From Eledone cirrhosa (Eukaryota), in assembly GCA_964016885.1 (NCBI GenBank), contig OZ024741.1, positions 165,850,001 to 165,914,000 on the forward strand: a DNA stretch of 64,000 nt, in the 5' to 3' direction. A model generated the notes under the pieces. That model saw only the letters and a list, made by a program, of their open reading frames with translations. It was not told where the DNA came from and searched no databases. The stretch's first letter is position 1. Each line of letters begins with the position of its first letter. The position numbers and the translations under genes are program-made. This document shows, in pieces, positions 53,782 through 64,000 of this stretch.

Positions 53782-54094
53782 CTCTAACACATGGATCAAC
53801 ATGCTATAGCCAACTATCTTCGTCGCCTTGTCAAACAATTTTATGAATGAACAAATCACCGAGTTAAACAATCTACCAGGAACCTTTGATAAATCTACCA
53901 TATCGTGAAAGTCATAGATATATATCGAAAGAACTTGGAATAAAGTAACTGAGAACTGCATGAGAAGCATTAGGACAAAGTTATGTATCGACTTCCTGGA
54001 ATTTGTCTGAGGAATCGTAGTAACAATCATCAATAACATTGTTGTGCTAGGCAATGAAGAGAGAATTTAAAATGTAAATGTGGAAGATTTACAT

Positions 54095-54410
54095 CAGAGG
54101 TTCTCAAACTTTTGGGGCCGCCGCCATCCTCACAGCCACATAATACCCCCAGCGCCCCCAATCAGAGAGATCTACCTACATGCAAATTGTAAATAATATA
54201 TAATAAATAAAATCGTCAATTTATATATAATAAATAATATAATATATACTATGTATAAATAAATATATATTTTTATTTTATTATATTCATATATAATACG
54301 TATCAGTTGATATCTAATATACATTATATCATCTCTATCACTCCCCCACCACCGCCTGGACCTTCTCAATGCCTCCCAGGGTGCGATAGCGCCAACTTTG
54401 AGAACCTCTA
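54095..54410. mobile_element. hAT-like MITE
   Basis: TIR AGAGGTTCTCAAA / TTTGAGAACCTCT. Confidence 0.75.
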
Positions 54411-54644
54411 ATTTAGATGAATTAATAGTCTCAGTAAAATATCTATTAAAATGCTTCAGAAGTTAACACAGTCAAAATACACCTGAAGACTCTCCTGTAA
54501 ATAAACAGTGATAGAAAAAAGATCTCTTTCAATTGAATTCCTCAGTAAGTACATCATCAAAATTTAAGAAAATTATGAATCAGTTTACTGAGAATTAGCT
54601 TGGCTGGGTTAAAAGCAAAAAGGGTAAAGAAATTCTGTTGTTTT

Positions 54645-54780
<136 letters not shown>

Positions 54781-54875
54781 TCAACACGCCCGATCTCAAA
54801 TCTTTCCTCCCTATAAAGACATTTTGTCCAATTCCAACTCACCCGTCCCTTCAATATATCTTATTTCTCATTCTT

Positions 54876-54911
54876 TCTTCTGATGAAAGATTAGCGTCCG
54901 AAACATTAAGA
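54876..54911 (+). ncRNA. Minimal hammerhead motif (family D), slightly decayed
   Basis: TCTT-CTGATGA-AAGATTAGCGTCC-GAAA-CA-TT-AAGA; lies between (TA)n and (CA)n. Confidence 0.55.
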
Positions 54912-54997
54912 CCCTCTTCCTGCTATTTCAAGCGTTAACCTAATATATTCATTCCATATACTGCACCGATTGTGTTATTATTCCTGTTTACCTTTTA

Positions 54998-55077
<80 letters not shown>

Positions 55078-55222
55078 GTCTCTAGCGGAATGTACAGAAG
55101 CTAAAAACTCCCTCAGCCGCTTTTGGTTACTGCTGGACCAAGGATACTGATTAGCATTGAGGTTTATATAATCTTTCCCAGGATATATATTGATAAACTA
55201 CAATATCACCCACCATATACTA

Positions 55223-55267
<45 letters not shown>

Positions 55268-55334
55268 GTTATTCCGGGTTGAATCGGAGGTAACCACAGT
55301 AAGTAAGGTACTCAATACATAGCAGAGTATAAAA

Positions 55335-55448
55335 GTTTTAATATAGATGAGATTCTACAGGACTAGAACTGTTTCATTCATTAGATTCCTGATGATTTCT
55401 AATGAATGAAACAGTTCTAGTCCTGTAGAATCTCATCTATATTAAAAC
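55335..55448. repeat. Perfect palindrome with CTGATGA in the apical loop
   Basis: GTTTCATTCATTAGA-TTCCTGATGATT-TCTAATGAATGAAAC; unmirrored relative at 32941-33005 (-). Confidence 0.9.
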
Positions 55449-55475
55449 TATATATATATATATATATATATGTTA

Positions 55476-56000
55476 TGTCGAGTCACTCTTGAGTGCTACT
55501 GGTAACCCAGTACAACCTGTCACATGGTCGGGTAGTCGGCGACTAAACCGGCAACCCCACCAAGTTTACTTGGTGAGGAGGGTGATTTTGGATACCATGC
55601 AGGATAAAAAACAAAACCTGACAAAGGGCGGAAGAACTCATAAGAGTCAACGGCCATCCAAAAGTGTGTAAATATGTACAGATACACATGTATATGTGTA
55701 TATACATGGGTGCATGTGTATGTATACGCGCGGGGACATAGAAATAGTCGGGCTGGACACCCGATCGCGCGGTTAAACCACTGGGAGTGAAGGATCTAGC
55801 CTTTGTCAGATCATTCTTCTAGGAGAAGGCAACTCAAGAAACTGGGATAACTCCGATATAAAACCTGCGGCTCCGTAGTTACTGATGATGTTGATCTTTT
55901 CTTCTTTTCGGGTTATAGCTACTGTCGCTCAGACAGTGGGATTGGCTCAGTGCACAGTCTTTCCTCACTTTAAAATAGATCTTCACACACAGGCATTGCA
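55476..56000 (+). mobile_element. Structured retroelement 5'-region-like repeat
   Basis: Homologous to 62205-62393 (-) and 20270-20600; hairpins CACTC-TT-GAGTG and CACCAAGT-TT-ACTTGGTG. Confidence 0.65.
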
Positions 56001-56662
56001 CGATAGAATTCATTAATTGTTTCTACTTTTGGCACAAGGCCACCAATAACCCAGTGCATTAATTAATAATTATTAATAATGTTATATCGTGCAATGACCA
56101 TACTTGATGACGAGGGGGCAGCCATCATCATCATATATATGTATATGCATATACTATGTGTGTGTGTATATATATATATATTGATACCTCACAATGCGAG
56201 TTTAATATTTTCCATGACCGAGCTCGTTTTACGGTTTACTCGTTTTACAAATCAATTTTCTCCATTGAAATCAATCAAAATATAAATAATCTGTTCCAGC
56301 GAACTAAAAAAAAACACACCCTAAATACATTTTTAGGGGTTTTAAAACAGAAAAGGTCCAGTTACAAAGAAAATGAGAATTATAAGAACATAATAAAAGA
56401 GAATACAAAAGAAATATGTATACTGGTTTTATAAATTGTATGAAACTCACTCGTACTGTGGATTTCCACTCGTACTACAAGAGAAAAATTCGCACAAGCC
56501 TCGGCTCGTACAGCAAATTACTCGTAAATGGGGCACTCGTACTGCGAGGTTCTATGGTATATATACAATCCTGCTATCTTGAATTGCTTCGTGATAGAAG
56601 ACATAAGAATACACATACGACATTAGGTGCATACTTCGAACTTCGAAAAGCAACAAATGCGC

Positions 56663-56693
<31 letters not shown>

Positions 56694-56785
56694 CACACAC
56701 ACACAGCCTGGTGCCTCTCTTCAGATAAAACTTCTTTTGACTTATTGCTAACTACTGCTTTTTAACTGAATTGATAGTAAGTAGG

Positions 56786-56961
56786 CAGTGCTGAATTTAC
56801 CATTGTACTTAGGTCTGCTTAAGCACAGGGTCCCGTTGGCCAGGGAGGGCATCTTCCTGCCCCAAAAATATGTTACGATGAATTTTTCTCCTTCATGGCC
56901 CAAGTAAGGGGCCTCAAAACTTAACTAACACAGGGTCTCATTTCTCCTAAATCCGGCACTG
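56786..56961. mobile_element. hAT MITE
   Basis: TIR CAGTGCYGRATTTA; perfect TSD TAAGTAGG. Confidence 0.85.
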
Positions 56962-57457
56962 TAAGTAGGCCTGAGAATAAGTGATCAATGTTGATTTATT
57001 TAACGCCGTTTATAAATTTATTAAAACAGTGTATCTTAATTAAAGAAACTTGTTTTCTAATTTTATGAGAACTGTAGAGCATAATATGTGACATCATATT
57101 ATGAGGTTATCTACAATAATTAATTGTATGGATGGTGCAATAACAAATTTTTAGATCGTCTGGCGATGTCTATCATCTTCATTTGCATCCGTATCACTTT
57201 CAAAAATAACCTATTAACCTGTTATTTATTTTTAAGCTATGTTATAATGACCCTGTATAGCGCTGTTACGTACATAAGTAGATTTTACGTATTACTCTGT
57301 ATATATATATATATATATAACAAAGGAATTGTGGTAAGGAACCAGATGGACCATAACGCACCAGAGTACTCAATACTTAGGGTAGTAGAGTGGGAAATAG
57401 GAAAAAGTATGACCCCGACGGCAGAGCTCAAGCCGTTTCGACGGCTATTTCTGGACT

Positions 57458-57495
<38 letters not shown>

Positions 57496-57515
57496 CTGTG
57501 TGTCTGTGTGTGTGT

Positions 57516-57572
<57 letters not shown>

Positions 57573-57763
57573 TGCGTGTGTGTGTGTGCGTGCGTGCGTG
57601 GCATTGGTTTGGCAGAGTCGTTAAAGCACTGGATAGAATGCTTTGCGGTATTCATTTCAGTTTGAATTCCGCCGCCGTCAACTTTGCCTTTCATCATTTC
57701 GTGATCAATAAAGTACCAGTCTAGTACTGGGATCGATTTTTCTTCATCACAATTATTCCACCC

Positions 57764-57795
<32 letters not shown>

Positions 57796-59447
57796 GGAAT
57801 TATTCGACTGTCATGCCTGGAAGGATATGTACTCTGTCAGTTTTCGAATCACCATGTGTCGCGACAGAATCTCCAATGAATCTAACATATATTGAAGTCC
57901 CAATGAAGGAATGAAACCAAGAAAGACTTAGGGACTAGATTCCTTTTACCCTTATCTCTCACCCTCACCTCTGCGACTCGACTGCTTCAACACACATCAC
58001 ACCCATGCAACTTCTACTTTCTGGAATCGGATCTATCTTTCCTGAGCCTCCATTCCTCGACTTCAAAAAAAATATAAAAAAATGACGAGACCTAGTCAGG
58101 AGATACCTTATTCTTTATCAGACTTCTCCTCAAATCTCAACTTACTTTCTCCCATGATACCGCACATATCACATCATCTCCAAAATCATGTTTCTAAGTG
58201 TACCTCCTCCAACTTTACTCGACAGATTCTGCAGTATACTGTACACAGATGCGTCCTGTTTGGGCGATGGGTTCCGTTAATATTTACTCGATATCCGTAA
58301 TGACATCTAAGTTCAGTGCTGGTGTGTCAAACGTCTGGCCATTTTCACATTCAGGCTTTTATAGACACGTAGCCCAGTTAAAAACACATTGCCTGCGAGC
58401 CAACGAAGGAGTCACTACGCAGTCGTTCGGCTTGCTATAAATAGCTGTCAAACCTCTTGCAAATTACACTTTACCGTCTTAAAAAGCAAGGACACATTGG
58501 ATAATGTAGTCCCTATATACAAATTACACTTACCGTCTAAAAAAGGAAGGACGCATCGAATAATGTAATCCTATATATACAAAATAACGGATTAATAACG
58601 CTTTTGGTCGTAGGTCTGCTCAATAAAAACCAGCATGGCGTTAAGCAACAGCAAAAGCCTGTCATCAGCTTACATACAGTTTTCATGGTATCATCAAGTT
58701 TAGCGTTTCATGAAATGAAGAGAAAAGAGAGAGACATGTAGACAAAACTTCTATAAACATTTCTGATGTACATTCGAGTTCCTTGCTAACAGGAAGCCCG
58801 AACAGCTCTCAAGCTATTCAGCTTGGACTTTTATGGCATACCTTATGGACACAGACTGAGGCTCACGTGGGTGAGGGTGCATGTTGAAAGACCCGAAACA
58901 CCCAGTAACTCCAGGATACAATACTGATGATGTGCCTATGGTTTTACACCAGTGGGTGTGTGAAGGACTTGTCGGTCGACAAATGTTTAAAGAGTTTAAA
59001 ACCCAGTAGATATGATATTGGAGGCTTTGATGTTGAAATTTCTAACAAGATACGGAGTAAATAATATAGATGAAATTATATATTAAAAGAATATAGAATA
59101 AGGTGCCTGTAAATGATTCAGAATGGTAATGATCTGTCGAAATATGGAATGTAAGTGAGAGTTGGAAGTTATTTGGTTAGAATATATCGTTTGAAGTGAT
59201 GTTTAATTTCAACATGATAGTGTTGGCGAAGAACCGGTTAAATTGAACGTTAGCTAGCTTACTGCCAGTTAGCAATGATTGGTGGTTTGGGGTAGAGACG
59301 CTTATTTTGTTGTTTTTTTGTTGTTTTTTTTGCGTTCTTTTTTTCATAACTGGAAATTCTTTTTTTGTATATGTCTATATATTGGAGAAAAAAAACAAAC
59401 ACTGAATACATATTCTACATGTGTGTTTGTATATCTACACACAAGTG

Positions 59448-59550
<103 letters not shown>

Positions 59551-59551
59551 T

Positions 59552-59621
<70 letters not shown>

Positions 59622-59728
59622 TTTATCATTGCTGATTCTGCAGAACGATAAGAATCTGAAAAGTGTATGTTGATTCATATTGACATATCGAACTGTGTAC
59701 TTAATGGCAAAACAACACACACACACAC

Positions 59729-59778
<50 letters not shown>

Positions 59779-59893
59779 CTTTTATTAAGGCTAAATAGTG
59801 AGTCCTGTTACTCTGGAGTTTCACCTGCTTCTCACAGTGTGAAGCAGGTGAAACCCCAGAGTATTAAAACCTTACATCGGCCGTCAACTACAT

Positions 59894-59947
<54 letters not shown>

Positions 59948-59950
<3 letters not shown>

Positions 59951-60325
59951 CCAAGGTCCATAATAAACTCCATCATTAAAGGTCTATCTCTTAGGATTTC
60001 CAGACTTTCAACCTCCATAAGTACATTTAATGCACATGCGGATTAGCACAATGCGGCATTACGGAAAGCTGGTTATGGGGATAGAATAGAGTATATTCCT
60101 AAAACAACAGTTGATCGAGGATATCATCACCAACCGCGGAAACCCTCCATAACTAGGATGACAACATCATGCATCCACCGTCGTAAATTGATATAAATAT
60201 TAACACCACGAACATGAATTCGAGAGCTATTCCGGTTGAAACAATTGATAACTCAAATAAACTCTCTAGCTGGAAAAACGCCCGGAAGATCCCGAAATAG
60301 ATTATACCTATGGTATAATCCTTTT
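59948..60325 (+). pseudogene. Penelope-like element RT C-terminal remnant
   Basis: PRSIINSIIKGLSLRISRLSTS...AALRKAGY...IEY and RSRNRLYLWYNP (cf. RNIIWFNPP motif); starts in (TA)n. Confidence 0.75.
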
Positions 60326-60339
60326 TATTTTATTATTAT

Positions 60340-60450
60340 TCTCTGAAGATTCGTCGACGATAAACATATTGTGAGTGAGTGAATAGAAAAACATATACCT
60401 TTCCAGCTCTGGTAGATGATTAAACAATCGGTGATGAAACACGTGTTAGA
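60340..60450 (+). ncRNA. Type I hammerhead motif with a large stem II insert, directly 3' of the PLE remnant
   Basis: TCT-CTGAAGA-T-TCGTCGA...TCGGTGA-T-GAAA-CACGTG-TT-AGA. Confidence 0.65.
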
Positions 60451-61436
60451 TTATTTAATCAAATAAATGTCTCTTCAAATTCCTCCACACTCCTTGCCTG
60501 TCTTTCCTAATATAATAATCTATGCTAATTTGCTCCGTGAATTCTTGGAACCTGTACCATACGCGAGGATTTAACACCTGGAAAGGTATATCACAGAACT
60601 CCATTAACCACGATGAGAAAAATATTTGGTAAGCTGTTCTTTCACTAATATTTAATCAATGAGTAGCGTTCCAGTTGTTGGATCAACTGAACAGCTTACT
60701 GATGAAATTAACGTGTAAGTGGTTGAGCATTCCACAGACATGTCCACCGTTCACGCAATTCTTAGGTAGATTCAGTATGACACTGTGTATGATAAGGCTG
60801 GCTCCATTGAATTACTGGTACACTCTTTCCGAGACACTTCCAAACAGTTTCCGTCTATTCAATTTCACTCGCAAAGCATGAATCGAGTCAAGGAAATCGT
60901 AAATGTCACTTGCCCAAAACACCACGCAATAGGATTGAACCCGGGAGCTAATGATTTCGAAGCGAACTTCTTAACCATTCGGTCATGCTGCGTCTACAGT
61001 GGCCAGGCCACCTATATCAAGAATGACACCTTAGACGGAGAAATATGTTATGGATACTGATAGTGAGGATGATATATCAGACGGAGACATTTATTCATCG
61101 ATACCAATAACGAGAATGATACATTAGAAAGAGACATTTTTTTCTCTGCACTACGGACCCTACTTTCTGCTCTGGGTCAGTCGCATTAGTGAGACAACGT
61201 ATGTAGTGGTTGTTGGTTGCTGGTTGGTGCCCCGTGAACGTTTTACTTATACATAAGACATTGTTCTTCTCCAATAACGCTATGTTTTCCGAGCAACAAA
61301 CTTTAGCTTCTCTCTTGTGTCAACTAACTGAGGAATGTAACGTACAAGAGATTTATAACAGTAAATGTAACACAAGCTGCGTTTCGTCAGCTTCTGGTTC
61401 AAATTTTAAAATTCAATCCAAATAGAGTTCTTAAAA

Positions 61437-61620
61437 TAATTGTTTCTACTTTTGGCACAAGGACAGCAATTATCCCAGTGTATTACTGGTGCTTTATTTT
61501 ATCGACCCCGTAAGCATGAAAGGCAAGGTTAACCTCGGCGGGATTTGAACTCAGAACGTAAAGGGCCATAACTATGCTGTAAAGCATGGTGTCTGATGCT
61601 CTACCGATAGCGCCAATCCC
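61437..61620 (-). mobile_element. Meta-like tRNA SINE (another copy at 63128-63317)
   Basis: Full head, core and tail. Confidence 0.8.
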
Positions 61621-63399
61621 CCCCCCCCCCCCTCCCGGCCTAAAGAGTTCATAGATTAATGGTGAGTCAAAGTTAGGCTTGTATCCAGGTCCAGGTGTGT
61701 GGGCTGAAGAAAGGGAAAATAACCTCTCCCTGGCTTGTATCCATATTCAGGTGTTTGGATTGAAGAAAAGGGAGGAAACTTATTCCTGGCCAAACTTCAA
61801 ATATGATAAACTTGTGCCTAAAGTATATACAAACACAGTCTGAGAGACAGGCTGTGAAGTGAATGGAGGATGTACCAAGTGTCATATTACGGAGCTATTC
61901 GAATCTAATCTAATGTGGCCAAGTTACACTCGCAAATAAGAAGAACCAGGGCCGCCCCAAGGAGCATTGGATTTTGTGCACTTCATATCTGTTTCGGTTG
62001 CTGATTACAATCAGGGGTCGCTGCTTCTCCTGAAGGTCAATAGTTCTCTTCTAACTAGAGAGGGAGCGCCTTTCCATTATCAATTTGCATTGATCATCTG
62101 CAAAGACGCAATGTTCCCAGAACCACTACACCAGTCTTTCGAAGTGTGCAGCTGAAACTACTGCCACCCATTAATTTGGCAGCATTTTTTTCCCCCTTTT
62201 TTTTTTAGATGGCCGTTGACTCTTGTGAGTTCTTCCGCCCTTTGTCAGGTTTTGTTTTTTTTCACGCAGGGTATCCAAAATCACCCTCCTCACCAAATAA
62301 ACTTGGTGGGGTTGCCGGTTTAGTCGCCGACGACCCGACCATGCGACAGGTTGTACCCGGTTACATGCTACCAGTAGCACTCAAGAGTGACCTGAGCTAT
62401 TCGAAATCGCCCTAATTGGGGGAAGAGCAACCCCAGTACTTGACTGGTACTTTATCTAGCCGGGGCGAATGAAAGGTCAAGTTGACCTCGGCGGGATGGA
62501 AAGAAATATTGATTACAAACTATTAAAAGCTCACATTGCTGCTGTAAATGCTGGAAATAGAGATAGTGAAGATACTCATGGGAAAGTATGTAACACAATG
62601 AATGCTCAGAATTTGAACAATCTGCTCTAAAGACAAGTTGATCAGTTTTTTTTTTCTTTTGTTCTGCATTATTATTGAGCTTAGAATCACAGCCCATACT
62701 CTGATCATTTTAGAATACTATAGCTTCAAAAGAAAAATATTATTAACATTGAAATTGGACTACATTCATGCGCTACTGCTACAGAGATAATTAACTACAT
62801 AGTCATGAATATGTAAATGAACATTTGCCAATATATCAAGCAGATAAATGGCAACATTTATGTTTTCATTCATTAACCTAGTATGTTCAAAATATGAAAA
62901 TCAGGAGAAATGTGGTCCCCATTTTATATTTTTAGGCCTAATTGTATGATGAGAAAACCGCAAGCTTGCGAAGTAACTAATGAACGGTTTTATCAACAAT
63001 AGTTTTGATGAGATTTACTTCAAACCTAACTTTGGGGCAGTTGCTAGTGATAAAGGCTGAATGTAATGCTCTATTCCTGCTGAAAAGTCTACTTTGCTTT
63101 TCATCATTTGTTTTGATAAAAATAATTATAATTGTTTCTACTTTTGGCACAAGGCCAGCAATTATCCCAGTGCATTACTGGTACTTTATTTTATCGACCC
63201 CGTAAGGATGAAAGGCAAAGTTAACCTCGGCGGGATTTCAACTCAAACCGTAAAGAGACATAACTATGCTGCGAAGCATGGCGTCCGACCCTCTACCGAT
63301 AATGCCAATCCACCGCCCAATGCCAGCAGTATGCTAGTTGATAAGGAAGAATCCATCACATACACGAGTGTGAGTCCGTGAAACATATACATATACACC

Positions 63400-63607
63400 A
63401 GGTCCGAACACAAAAGAACCAAAGTCCTATTGTCACTGCCTCCGTCTCTCCCGCTCTCCCCATCTATCACTATTATGAGCAAATGGCAGCTCACGCGCTG
63501 GCCGCCCTTCGGCCCTGTGTGCAACAAATGATTTCTCAAAACTGCCCGCTTATGGGCTCCATCAGTTCGACCGCCATCTGTTAGATTGGTAGTTTCTTAT
63601 CAGATAC

Positions 63608-63650
<43 letters not shown>

Positions 63651-63694
63651 CTCTCTATCTCCCCCCTCTCTCTCTCTCTCCCTCTCTCTCTCTA

Positions 63695-63738
<44 letters not shown>

Positions 63739-64000
63739 TCTCTCCTACACACTATCAATTCTGGTGTGCCCAGAGTTCGTTTTTGTCCCCCACGCCCTTA
63801 CTTCTCTTCCTGCCATCATGTACAACAAAGCCCACTCTTACGTAGATGATATCACCCTTTATCATCCATAATCTCCTCAACCATGTAACATCCACGCGTA
63901 ATCTTAAACTTCACACCAAGCCTGCACTGATTCCATGATTAGACCTGGAAAACATCCTCTAAATGGCCATGCCAACCTCCATTCTTTCTACACAAAAAAA
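63400..64000 (+). mobile_element. Decayed CR1/Jockey-group LINE RT fragment interrupted by (CT)n
   Basis: SKLPAYGL, SFLSD, INSGVP and HSYVDDITL motifs. Confidence 0.7.

Larger units (their letters stand above)
51580..54060 (+). mobile_element. Ancient Tigger/pogo transposase remnant split by nested insertions
   Basis: ASRG*F*NFK, NVDAAGLFWK, GAFKLTPEFVFHS, PPNTISLL*HMDQHAIANYLRR, TWNKV motifs in order. Confidence 0.8.

Noticed and set aside
61673-62160. Possible LINE endonuclease remnant (minus strand)
   Set aside because: Too decayed to assign by eye.

Overview
This is AT-rich eukaryotic DNA made almost entirely of repeats. The dense (TA)n/(CA)n/(GA)n microsatellites, Meta-domain-like tRNA SINEs and (GAT)n-tailed RTE LINEs suggest a cephalopod such as Octopus (inference). 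No intact host protein-coding gene can be supported; most long ORFs are artefacts of satellites or microsatellites. The window holds RTE LINEs (one near full length) with non-autonomous bipartite derivatives, DNA transposon remnants (maT DD37D, Hsmar2-like mariner, Tc1, Tigger/pogo, hATm-like), several MITE families, Penelope-like (PLE) ORF remnants, and a 72-bp satellite that arose inside a TTAA MITE. The strongest signal is 12 complete or slightly decayed minimal type I hammerhead ribozyme motifs from several unrelated families (CUGANGA-stem II-GAAA-short stem III-UH, closed by stem I). Most lie in or beside (TA)n tracts. About 10 long palindromes have their symmetry centre at a hammerhead helix or carry mirrored hammerheads, suggesting ribozyme-structure-guided fold-back priming during PLE-type retrotransposition. 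All motifs were read by eye; no folding, alignment or database search was run.
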